Shown here in pieces: positions 21,025 to 29,971 of a stretch of 64,000 nucleotides of DNA (the stretch's first letter is position 1; every line of letters starts with the position of its first letter). A program made the translations under genes and the position numbers. The notes beneath the pieces are model-generated. The model was given only the letters and a program-made list of their open reading frames with translations, had not been told where the DNA came from and searched no databases. Where the stretch lies: NCBI GenBank assembly GCA_047174275.1, contig JBCQUC010000004.1, positions 337 to 64,336 on the forward strand. Reading direction: 5' to 3'. Origin of the DNA: Rikenellaceae bacterium (GTDB lineage Bacteria; Bacteroidota; Bacteroidia; Bacteroidales; Rikenellaceae).

Positions 21025-21155
21025 AAAAGTCTACTTGGATGAAATAAATTCAAAATTATTTTGTAATACTCTGTTTTATAGCGAGTTGTAGTCGTGGTAT
21101 TTTTTGACTGATTTTTGGTTTAAATAATCTGAGTTATTAAGTATATTTAAAATAT

Positions 21156-21197
21156 TACATTTCTGTAGCTTTTCTTATGTGGATGTAGCAAAATGTA
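21156..21197. promoter_or_regulatory. Candidate activator-binding region of the nifH promoter
   Basis: TACA-TTTC-TGTA at 21156-21167 plus TGTA half-sites at 21184 and 21194. Confidence 0.5.
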
Positions 21198-21298
21198 GGA
21201 AATTGGTTTTGAATGTTATTTTTGTCTGCTAATTTTTATTTAGCACTTTCGTTGCATCACGTTTAGACTCTGAGAGGGTCGCTATTTTGAATCACCTT

Positions 21299-21539
21299 TA
21301 TTAGTGTTCGATAAAACTTTTCTAGCAGTCCTACTTGAGATACGAAATTGAAAATTTCGTCATCCTGAACTTGTTTCAGGATCTCTACATCATTGAGTAA
21401 GCTATTGCTTATTAGTATATTACAGAGGCGATATTGTCATTTGCTGAGATCCTGAAACAAGTTCAGGATGACGAATCCGTTGGATTCGATAACATGGTGC
21501 CAATAAAGTTGTTACAAGTGTTGTTATCGGACACTGATA
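21299..21539. mobile_element. Family 1 nested REP-doublet element, copy C
   Basis: Outer TIRs with TA flanks, REP doublet, 60-nt spacer; an extra REP remnant follows at 21545-21557. Confidence 0.85.
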
Positions 21540-21570
21540 AACTCGTTTCAGGATCTCCGCAGAGCTAATT

Positions 21571-22320
21571 TTAATATGTTACAGTCGAAAGCCTACACTC
21601 TATAATAGAGTTGCATTTTTTGTGTCGTTTAAAGAAGAAGGATCTTCCGCCACAACTCTCCGTATGTGTCGATATAACTCGATCCTCCCCCTTTGAAAAT
21701 CCAAAGTGTAGGATTGAGGTCGCCATAGCTGTAATATCTGCTGGGTCGTGACACACCATTAGTGTGATGCTTCCAAGCATTTTGTGTGCCTGCTTGATAC
21801 TCTCTCTGAGTGACTCCTTTAACTCCCAATCTAGGGCGGAGAATGGTTCATCGAGTAGCAACATTGATGGCTCTGAAGCTATCGCACGAGCCAAAGCGAC
21901 ACGTTGCTTCTGCCCACCTGAGAGCTGTTGAGGGTATCGAGAGTGGAGTGCGCCGATATTGAAACACTCAAGCAACTCCATTATCTTCTGTTCATCTTTG
22001 TTTGGTTGAGCGTACAGAATCTGCTCAAATACCGTCATATTTGGAAATAGCGCAAAATCCTGAAACATCAACCCTGTTCTACGCTTCGATGCTGGCACAA
22101 ATATTCTCTTGTCGGTGTCGCACCACACCTCTCCATCAAATACTACACGACCTCTGTGAGGCTTCACAAGCCCCGATATAATCCTTAGTAGGGTAGTCTT
22201 GCCAATTCCCGATGCACCCTGCAAACAGACAATATCCCCCAAATTTAGATCTGCACGTACCTCCAAAAGAGATCTACCTTCGACTGTGTAGAGTGGCTGT
22301 TTGATATCAATTTCCAACAT
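21571..22320 (-). CDS. modC: Molybdate ABC transporter ATPase
   Basis: GASGIGKT, LSGGQKQRVALARA, LLLDEPF; mod context. Confidence 0.9.
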   Translation of the reverse strand: MLEIDIKQPLYTVEGRSLLEVRADLNLGDIVCLQGASGIGKTTLLRIISGLVKPHRGRVVFDGEVWCDTDKRIFVPASKRRTGLMFQDFALFPNMTVFEQILYAQPNKDEQKIMELLECFNIGALHSRYPQQLSGGQKQRVALARAIASEPSMLLLDEPFSALDWELKESLRESIKQAHKMLGSITLMVCHDPADITAMATSILHFGFSKGEDRVISTHTESCGGRSFFFKRHKKCNSIIECRLSTVTY

Positions 22321-23002
22321 AATCGTTTTGGTTTTTGTGTGACCTATTATTGAAACTGTAGATTATTGTGAGTAGTACCACTGCGATTACAAATAGCACA
22401 ATCGAGTATCTATTTGCATTATCATATTGGAGTGCCTGCACCTGATCGTATATTGCAATTGATGCTACGCGAGTCTCGCCTGGGATATTTCCACCAACCA
22501 TAATTATAACACCAAACTCACCGATGCAGTGTGCAAACGATAGGGCTAGCGATGTTATAATAGATGGCATCATATTGGGAAGTAGGACTCGAAAGAATAT
22601 GCTTAACTTTGATTTGCCCAATGTCTCGGCGGCATCGCTCAAATTTCGAGGTATAGAGATAAACCCCGATTGAAGGGGTTGAATCATGATCGGGAGTCCA
22701 AAGAGGACGCTACCAATCAATATCCCCTCGAAGCTAAATGCGAGTCGACTATCGAATGTCTCGTACCACCAAGTGCCAAACCATGAGTTTGGGCTATATA
22801 ACATAAGTAGGTAGAATCCCAAAACTATTGGTGGCAACACCATCGGAATGCTAATCAGTGCCTCGATAAGAGAGCGCGCAAAGAAGCGTTTGTATGCCAA
22901 AAAATAGGCTATCGGCAACCCTATTATAAATAGTATTGCCGTAGTGCTAAATGCGAGTTTGCCAGTGAGGAGTAGTGTCTCCCAAAAATCTGCGTCATTC
23001 AT
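22307..23002 (-). CDS. modB: Molybdate ABC transporter permease
   Basis: PMVLPPIVLGFYLL, EAA-like AAETLG, GEFG, GNIPGETR. Confidence 0.93.
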   Translation of the reverse strand: MNDADFWETLLLTGKLAFSTTAILFIIGLPIAYFLAYKRFFARSLIEALISIPMVLPPIVLGFYLLMLYSPNSWFGTWWYETFDSRLAFSFEGILIGSVLFGLPIMIQPLQSGFISIPRNLSDAAETLGKSKLSIFFRVLLPNMMPSIITSLALSFAHCIGEFGVIIMVGGNIPGETRVASIAIYDQVQALQYDNANRYSIVLFVIAVVLLTIIYSFNNRSHKNQNDYVGN

Positions 23003-23071
23003 GAAATTTCCCCCAAAATTTATAAATTAGAGATTATTGCAAAACGGTAGTTTTGCTCCGCTATGGAGAGT

Positions 23072-23185
23072 GTTGATAGGTGGATGAAAATTTAAAGATG
23101 GCGTAGAGGGCCCTGAAAGGAGCATACTGAAGTATGTGACTGAAGAGAACTCTGCGTTATCTTTGAATTTTCGCCGCCTTGCAAC
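23072..23185 (-). repeat. Family 2 element, copy d (after modA)
   Basis: Near-identical to copy a, including the left flank AGTTTTGCTCCGC. Confidence 0.8.
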
Positions 23186-23193
23186 GCTCTCAA

Positions 23194-23946
23194 TTATTTT
23201 ACTATATCGTATCCGTACTTCAACCATATGGGCTTCGACTCTGCGGATAGTACAAAGTCCCGAAACTTTATAGCCTCAAGATTCTCTATTTTTTGCTTAA
23301 CCACAACACAGCTCTGAATTATTGGGCTGTATAGGTTGTCTGGAATAATATACGTATATCCATTGTTTTGAGCCGTTGGTGATCTGTGTTGGGATAGGGC
23401 AATCACTCCAAGATCTGCATTGCCCGAGAATACATACTGTGCAGTAGCTCCGATATTCTCTCCATATATAATCTTTGATTTTACATCGTTATATATTCCT
23501 ATGTTGTTCAACATCTCAATGGCGTGTACTCCATATGGTGCGGCGTTTGGATTTGCGATGGCTATTCTGTGTGATTTGTTGAGCGTCAATGCGTCGAGCC
23601 CGATCTGTGAGATATCTATTGAGCGGCTATATAGGAGTAGTTTTCCGCATGCATAGGGTCTCACTTCGCCTGTTGTGTAGCCTCCGCTCTTTAGTTTGAG
23701 TGCATAATCTTCATCTGCGGAGAAGAATAGGTCGTAGCCTGCGCCATTCACGATCTGTTGCACCAACATTCCAGATCCTCCGTAGTTGATATTGATTGCA
23801 ACTTTTGGGTTGCTCTCTATATATATAGACTTGATCTCATCCATTGCATCGCGAACGTTTGCGGCAGCGGCAATGCTTACAACACTCTGGGCATAGGTAT
23901 TGGCTGAAAAGACAATACAGATAATAAATAATAGGGCTCTCTTCAT
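23194..23946 (-). CDS. modA: Molybdate-binding periplasmic protein
   Basis: Signal peptide, AAAAN, GGSGML.QQI.NGA.YDLFFSA, ANP.AAPYG. Confidence 0.93.
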   Translation of the reverse strand: MKRALLFIICIVFSANTYAQSVVSIAAAANVRDAMDEIKSIYIESNPKVAININYGGSGMLVQQIVNGAGYDLFFSADEDYALKLKSGGYTTGEVRPYACGKLLLYSRSIDISQIGLDALTLNKSHRIAIANPNAAPYGVHAIEMLNNIGIYNDVKSKIIYGENIGATAQYVFSGNADLGVIALSQHRSPTAQNNGYTYIIPDNLYSPIIQSCVVVKQKIENLEAIKFRDFVLSAESKPIWLKYGYDIVK

Positions 23947-23976
23947 ATCATAAAATAATTTATTATATATGATAGA

Positions 23977-23991
23977 GCATTATCTGTGCCA
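23977..23991 (-). promoter_or_regulatory. Sigma54 (-24/-12) promoter of modA
   Basis: Minus strand TGGCAC-AGATA-ATGC; flank TTTATT-N2-ATCCA-N6-CTTTT shared with the nifH promoter. Confidence 0.8.
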
Positions 23992-24113
23992 AAAAGGTGT
24001 GGTGGATATAATAAAAAGATTTTTTAAGGGGTTGTTGTTTGATAATCAGTGTGTTATCAATAGGGGTGTATTGAAGATGAAAACACCTTTAAAGAGCTAG
24101 ATTTGAAAAATAT

Positions 24114-24146
24114 TACATAAATGTAGGCTCTCGTTACAGATATGTA
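24114..24146. promoter_or_regulatory. Candidate activator-binding region of the modA promoter
   Basis: Two TACA-N4-TGTA palindromes at 24114-24125 and 24135-24146. Confidence 0.55.
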
Positions 24147-24222
24147 AGAAAAAACTCGCAAAAGATCTGTGTCGAAATTGTTCAATACTCATCTTTTGCG
24201 AGTTATATTTAGGGGGGGAGAC

Positions 24223-24786
24223 CTAGAACTTATACGAGAATCCCATATTAACAATCGAGATACCGTAACCGATCTCACTGTTGATTGCAAAGTTCCTGAA
24301 TATATAGTATCGAGCACCAACATGGACATTATAGACTATCCCTTTGTCGGCTCCGCTGACTTTGTCACCGATGATAAGCTCAACATCGTCATCGTCCCAA
24401 TTAACATAGGTGAGTCGAAAGTCGTATCCTATGCGGAATCCTCCATAAAGATCCAACCTCTTCACATTTGTCTTGCGGTGATAATTTGCACCTACAGCGA
24501 CAAATATATCATCATAATCGAATGTTCCATATGTATCATCTTTGTCTGCTCCATACTGTATATCGTCTTTGCTCCATGCGTAGCCCAGATATCCATTGAG
24601 TCCAATTGATGATTTCTCATTGATGTTGTAGACTCCGACCTCGTAGGATAGTGATAGTGGGCAGTCATAAATATTGCTGTAGCCAGCACTTACAGATAGT
24701 ACTTTCGAACCCTTTTTGAAGTTCTGAGCCGATGCTACCGATACAAAGCAGAGCATTGAAGCGACTAAAAATAGAATTTTTCTCAT
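24223..24786 (-). CDS. Outer-membrane beta-barrel protein
   Basis: Signal peptide (ASA-Q), alternating aromatic beta-strands, C-terminal GFSYKF. Confidence 0.8.
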   Translation of the reverse strand: MRKILFLVASMLCFVSVASAQNFKKGSKVLSVSAGYSNIYDCPLSLSYEVGVYNINEKSSIGLNGYLGYAWSKDDIQYGADKDDTYGTFDYDDIFVAVGANYHRKTNVKRLDLYGGFRIGYDFRLTYVNWDDDDVELIIGDKVSGADKGIVYNVHVGARYYIFRNFAINSEIGYGISIVNMGFSYKF

Positions 24787-24962
24787 GTTAAGTTTTTTTA
24801 ATTTCGCTGGATTTATGTTTTATATAACGTTATTCCACCCGACAAAGATATGTATAAGTTTGCGAATAGTGAAATTTTTTCTCTAAAACGTAATATCAAC
24901 ATATTTTGTATTGCTCTATTTGATAAATATAACTAAAAAATAGTATATTTGCGTAAAATTGT

Positions 24963-25727
24963 GTGGTTATGATATATAATTATCGTGGTCAAGATATATT
25001 CGTCGAGGTGAGCGGTGAGGGTGATGCACTATTGTTACTTCATGGATGGGGGTGTGACCACTCTGTATATAGGCGTTGTGTGGAGTATCTTGCAACTTCA
25101 TATCGAGTCTACAACTTTGATCTGCCTGGTTTTGGTAGCTCTCAAGAGCCTACGGAGGTGTGGGGGACGCAAGATTATGCGGATATGATTCGCCAATTCA
25201 TATTGGATCAAAATATTATATCGCCATCATTTATGGGACACTCCTTTGGTGGACGAGTCTCTATTTTGTATGCTTCGCAGCATGAGGCGAACCGAATTGT
25301 ATTGATCGACTCCGCAGGAATAGTTCCGAAACGTAGCTTGGAGTACTACGCTAAGGTCTACTCTTATAAACTCTTCAAGCGAATATGTTATAAGATTTTG
25401 TCAAAGGAGAGAGCCGAAGCTCTGATTGAGAGCCGCAGAAAAGGCTCTGGGTCAGCAGATTACAACAACGCCTCGCCAATGATGCGCCAAGTGATGTCGA
25501 AGGTTGTAAACGAGGATCTAAAGAGCGTTATGCCTCAAATAAAGGCATCGACACTTCTGTTTTGGGGCGATCTGGACACCGCAACTCCACTCTCAGATGC
25601 CAAGACAATGGAGCAATTGATTCCCGATTCTGGTCTTGTGGTGGCAGAGGGGTGTGGACACTTCTCGTTTGCGGAGATGCCAGTGCTCTTCGATTCAGTG
25701 ATTAAGAGTTTCTTTCAAATTAACTAA
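24963..25727 (+). CDS. Alpha/beta hydrolase
   Basis: LLHGWG, DLPGFG, GHSFGG, WGDLDTATP, GHFSF. Confidence 0.88.
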   Translation: MVMIYNYRGQDIFVEVSGEGDALLLLHGWGCDHSVYRRCVEYLATSYRVYNFDLPGFGSSQEPTEVWGTQDYADMIRQFILDQNIISPSFMGHSFGGRVSILYASQHEANRIVLIDSAGIVPKRSLEYYAKVYSYKLFKRICYKILSKERAEALIESRRKGSGSADYNNASPMMRQVMSKVVNEDLKSVMPQIKASTLLFWGDLDTATPLSDAKTMEQLIPDSGLVVAEGCGHFSFAEMPVLFDSVIKSFFQIN

Positions 25728-25730
25728 TTT

Positions 25731-27284
25731 ATGATTTTTATTCTATATATTATAACTTTCTGTCTCTGTTTTGCAGCTGTTGCTAAACATGATATCCATA
25801 TGTTTCAACACAACTCATATCGCATTGAGCGTTATCATCGTTGGTGGATCAGGGGAAATATAATCTCTTATAGACGTTGGTGGTTTATACTTGTTCTGTT
25901 GTTCTCGTTTAGCGTGTGGACTCAGCCAATTGCAATTGTTGTGATGGCGTTCTATATCTACAGAAGATTCCAGATCAAACATAAAATTCCGTTGGTTGTT
26001 ACGAGTCGTGTGAAGCGTCTCTTTGCAACCACTATGTTGTTGACTATGGGGGTTGTAGCTGTTGAGTATTTGAAGCTCGACCATAAATTGTTGCCTCCGA
26101 TTTTGAGTGTGATATTGTTCCTATCGAATGGCTTTATGCTGTTGGCAGATATAATCAACACTCCCGTAGAGATGATTATCAAAAGGTGGTACTATAACGA
26201 TGCAAAAAAGATTCTAAAATCCCATAACCGACTGATAATTATCGGTGTGACAGGTAGTTACGGTAAGACAAGTGTTAAAAACTACCTCTATCGAATGTTG
26301 AGTGAGAGGTATAATGTCTTGGTTACTCCAGGGAATTACAATACAACAATGGGCGTTGTAAGGAGTGTTCGTGAACATCTTCGTCCTCAACATCAGATCT
26401 TTATTGTCGAGATGGGGGCAAAGCAGCGAGGTGATATTCGCGAAATTTGTAATTTGGTAAATCCAACTATCGGTATTGTAAGCTCTGTTGGTGAGGCTCA
26501 CCTTGAGACCTTCAAAAGTGTTGAGAATATTCAAAAGACGAAGTTCGAACTTATTGAGGCGTTGCCTGAAAATGGAGTTGGTGTGGTTAATTTCGACTCT
26601 AAGAGCATTCGAAACTATAAGGATTTTAACGCTAAATGTAAGGTGTTAAGCTACTCGGTAGAGGATAGTTCGGCAGATTTCCAAGCAAAGAGTGTGCGTT
26701 ATAGTGCTTCTGGCTTATCTTTTGATCTAGCTGTTGGAGGTGAGTTGTGCAGCTTCAATTCGCACCTTTTGGGCGAAGGCAATGTCTTGAATCTAGTTGC
26801 AGGAGTCGTTGTTGCTAACCACTTGAAAGTTCCAACAAAGGGGATCAAAATTGCGATATCGCAGTTGAAGCCTGTGGAGCATCGCCTCTCAATGAAGAGA
26901 ACAGGAGGGTTGACAATCCTCGATGATGCCTACAACTCAAATCCAGATGGAGCGCGAATGGCACTCAATGTCTTGCGCGATTTTGAGCGTGGCGCAGAGA
27001 GTCGACGAATCGTCGTAACTCCAGGGTTCGTCGAGATGGGGGCGAGTCAATATGATGCAAATTATAACCTCGGTAGAGCGATGGCAGATAGTTGCGACTA
27101 TGCAATTGTTGTCAACAAGCTCAATCGAGAGGCGATATGCAAGGGGTTGAAGGATGCTGGATTTAGCGATGACAAGCTCTTTGTTGCAAACTCCCTAAAT
27201 ATGGCGCGTCGACACCTCTCTGGAGTCCTTAAAGTGGGCGATGTGGTATTGTATGAAAATGATTTACCAGATTCTTTTAAATAA
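25731..27284 (+). CDS. murF: MurF-like Mur ligase with N-terminal membrane segments
   Basis: IGVTGSYGKTSVK, VEMGA, DDAYNSNP; about 140-aa hydrophobic N-terminus. Confidence 0.85.
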   Translation: MIFILYIITFCLCFAAVAKHDIHMFQHNSYRIERYHRWWIRGNIISYRRWWFILVLLFSFSVWTQPIAIVVMAFYIYRRFQIKHKIPLVVTSRVKRLFATTMLLTMGVVAVEYLKLDHKLLPPILSVILFLSNGFMLLADIINTPVEMIIKRWYYNDAKKILKSHNRLIIIGVTGSYGKTSVKNYLYRMLSERYNVLVTPGNYNTTMGVVRSVREHLRPQHQIFIVEMGAKQRGDIREICNLVNPTIGIVSSVGEAHLETFKSVENIQKTKFELIEALPENGVGVVNFDSKSIRNYKDFNAKCKVLSYSVEDSSADFQAKSVRYSASGLSFDLAVGGELCSFNSHLLGEGNVLNLVAGVVVANHLKVPTKGIKIAISQLKPVEHRLSMKRTGGLTILDDAYNSNPDGARMALNVLRDFERGAESRRIVVTPGFVEMGASQYDANYNLGRAMADSCDYAIVVNKLNREAICKGLKDAGFSDDKLFVANSLNMARRHLSGVLKVGDVVLYENDLPDSFK

Positions 27285-27293
27285 AAGTAGAGT

Positions 27294-28490
27294 ATGAAAG
27301 TTAATGTAGGAGTGGTCTTTGGTGGTCGCTCGGTAGAGAATGAGATCTCGGTTGTCACAGCAAATCAGGTGATTAATGCTATGGATAGCGAGAGATATAA
27401 TATAATTCCGATCTTTATAAGCAAATCGGGAAAGTGGTATAGCGGAGAGCAACTTCTGGATCTTAAGCGATACAAAGATATGACAAGCCTGCTCGCTGAG
27501 TGCGAAGAGGTCTATATTCGTCCGATCTATGGAGACTCTAATCTATATAGGTGTAAAAAGTCGATGTTTGGAACAGATGTCGTTGCAAGTTTGGATGTTG
27601 TTGTGCCGACGCTCCATGGAACAAACTGCGAGGATGGCACTTTCCAAGGTGTGATAGAGTTCGCAGGTATTCCATATGCAGGGTGTAATACACTAGCATC
27701 GGCAAATGGAATGGATAAGATCACCATGAAGATGATACTTACGGAGTGTGGCATTCCAGTGGTTGATTATGCGTGGTTCTGCGACAAGGAGTGGATGGAT
27801 GATAGCGAGAGTGTTATTGAGAGTGTTGAGGATAAGTTAGGCTATCCAGTTATTGTGAAGCCTGCTAACTCTGGATCGAGCATTGGAATCAAGGCAGCTC
27901 ACAATAGAGAGGAGCTAGAGGATGCAATCGAGAATGCAATATCTTTCACAACACGTATTATTGTGGAGCGATTTGTAGCTAACCTAAAGGAGGTAAACTG
28001 TTCGATATTAGGTGATTACTACGATTGTGAGGCATCGGTATGCGAAGTGCCACTCCGAAATGGTGAGATACTCTCTTACGAAGATAAATATATGGGAGGC
28101 GGAGCGAAACAGGGCTCTAAGGGTATGCAGTCGACTGTTCGAGAGATCCCTGCTAATCTGCCTGATGATGTGACAGATTTTATACAGTGTACAGGTTGTC
28201 AGACCTTCAAGGCGTTGTCTTGTGATGGTGTGGCGCGTATCGACTTTATTATAGATCAAGATACGGATCAAATATATGTTAATGAGATCAATACTATTCC
28301 TGGTTCATTGTCGTTCTATTTGTGGGAGGCATCGGGAGTTAGCTTCACTAAATTGATGGATCGTGTCATCGACCTTGCATTTAAGCGTCAGAGAGAGTAT
28401 AGCCACAAAGTTGTAGATTTCGGAGGTAACATCTTCGCAGCCCAAAGTAGTGGCGGAGCTAAGATGGGCGGAGCAAAATACAAGAAATAG
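27294..28490 (+). CDS. ddl: D-alanine--D-alanine ligase
   Basis: FGGRSVE, LHGTNCEDG, VKPANSGSSIG, SYEDKY, ARIDF, NEINTIPG. Confidence 0.93.
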   Translation: MKVNVGVVFGGRSVENEISVVTANQVINAMDSERYNIIPIFISKSGKWYSGEQLLDLKRYKDMTSLLAECEEVYIRPIYGDSNLYRCKKSMFGTDVVASLDVVVPTLHGTNCEDGTFQGVIEFAGIPYAGCNTLASANGMDKITMKMILTECGIPVVDYAWFCDKEWMDDSESVIESVEDKLGYPVIVKPANSGSSIGIKAAHNREELEDAIENAISFTTRIIVERFVANLKEVNCSILGDYYDCEASVCEVPLRNGEILSYEDKYMGGGAKQGSKGMQSTVREIPANLPDDVTDFIQCTGCQTFKALSCDGVARIDFIIDQDTDQIYVNEINTIPGSLSFYLWEASGVSFTKLMDRVIDLAFKRQREYSHKVVDFGGNIFAAQSSGGAKMGGAKYKK

Positions 28491-28505
28491 ATGCAATATA
28501 TTGAT

Positions 28506-28710
28506 TGTTAGTGTCCGAAAAAACTTTTCTAGCACTCCCATGTGAGATGCGAAATTGAAAATTTCGTCATCCTGAACTTGTTTCAGGATCTCTGCATCAT
28601 TGAGTAAGTTGTATTGTCGTTTGCTGAGATCCTGAAACAAGTTCAGGATGACGACTCTTTCAGAGTCGAGACGAGTCGAGACGTGCTGCAAAGGTTTTGT
28701 CGGACAAATA
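28506..28710. mobile_element. Family 1 element, copy D (shortened spacer, collapsed right arm)
   Basis: REP doublet around a 33-nt spacer; degenerate outer TIRs. Confidence 0.8.
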
Positions 28711-28757
28711 AATCCAAGAATAAGAGGTTACCCTCCCCCATACATAATATATAACAG

Positions 28758-28792
28758 AAATCGGCTGCTCTCATCAAAGAGGCAGCCGATTT
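28758..28792 (-). terminator. Intrinsic terminator after fba
   Basis: AAATCGGCTGC-TCTCATCAAAGAG-GCAGCCGATTT hairpin. Confidence 0.65.
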
Positions 28793-28824
28793 TATTACCT
28801 GAAGGTGATTACCTATTGTAAGGA

Positions 28825-29817
28825 TTAAGCCTTTCCAGCTGATCCCAATACGTTCTCACACTTGTGCTTGTACAACTTCTTCAACTCGTCACGAGCTGGG
28901 CCTAGGTACTTGCGTGGGTCGAACTCAGCAGGGTTGCTGTTGAAGATACGACGTACAGCAGCAGTCATAGCCAAACGACCATCTGAGTCGATGTTGATCT
29001 TACATACTGCACTTGCAGCAGCCTCACGAAGCTGTGACTCTGGAATACCAATTGCATCCTTCAAAGCACCACCATTAGCGTTGATCTCAGCAACATACTC
29101 CTGTGGTACAGAAGATGCTCCGTGAAGAACGATAGGGAATCCTGGGATACGAAGCTCGATCTCCTTCAAGATGTCGAAACGAAGTGCTGGTGGAACAAGG
29201 ATACCCTCCTCGTTGCGTGTGCACTGCTCTGGCTTGAACTTGTTAGCTCCGTGTGAAGTTCCAATTGAGATAGCAAGTGAATCTACACCTGTCTTCTTTA
29301 CGAAATCCTCAACCTGATCTGGCTCAGTGTATGTGTGGTGCTCAGCGCATACATCATCCTCAACACCAGCCAATACTCCTAGCTCACCCTCAACTGTTAC
29401 GTCGTGTGCGTGTGCGTACTCGACAACCTTCTTTGTAAGAGCAACGTTCTCATCATATGAAAGGTGTGATCCGTCGATCATTACAGAAGAGAATCCCATA
29501 TCAACACAGCTCTTGCACAACTCGAAAGAGTTACCGTGGTCAAGGTGCAATACGATTGGAATATTCTTTCCCAACTCCTTAGCATACTCAACAGCTCCCT
29601 GAGCCATGTAGCGAAGAAGTGTCTGGTTAGCGTAGTTACGCGCACCTGAAGATACCTGAAGGATAACTGGTGAAGATGCCTCAACACAACCCTGAACGAT
29701 TGCCTGCATCTGCTCCATGTTGTTGAAGTTGAATGCTGGGATAGCGTAGCCACCCTCAAATGCCTTCTTGAAGATCTCCTTAGAGTTAACAAGACCTAGC
29801 TCTTTGTATGATACCAT
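28825..29817 (-). CDS. fba: Class II fructose-1,6-bisphosphate aldolase
   Basis: AFNFNN, LHLDHG, VMIDGS, EGELG, GTSHG, VLHGAS, KINIDSD. Confidence 0.96.
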   Translation of the reverse strand: MVSYKELGLVNSKEIFKKAFEGGYAIPAFNFNNMEQMQAIVQGCVEASSPVILQVSSGARNYANQTLLRYMAQGAVEYAKELGKNIPIVLHLDHGNSFELCKSCVDMGFSSVMIDGSHLSYDENVALTKKVVEYAHAHDVTVEGELGVLAGVEDDVCAEHHTYTEPDQVEDFVKKTGVDSLAISIGTSHGANKFKPEQCTRNEEGILVPPALRFDILKEIELRIPGFPIVLHGASSVPQEYVAEINANGGALKDAIGIPESQLREAAASAVCKINIDSDGRLAMTAAVRRIFNSNPAEFDPRKYLGPARDELKKLYKHKCENVLGSAGKA

Positions 29818-29971
29818 AATCTTTTTAATTAAAATTTATTTTGTGTGAAATATTACCTTTTATTCTTTGATCTTGGCAAATTTAATAAAATTTCTCAACA
29901 TCTCATAAATTATCGGGGGAAAAAGAGAAATAATACTACATTTGTCACCTTTTTAGCCACAATGCCCCTCT

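Noticed and set aside
21497-21502. Additional TGGCAC sigma54-like motifs (also near 59290)
   Set aside because: Part of repeat arm Y and lacking a correctly spaced -12 GC
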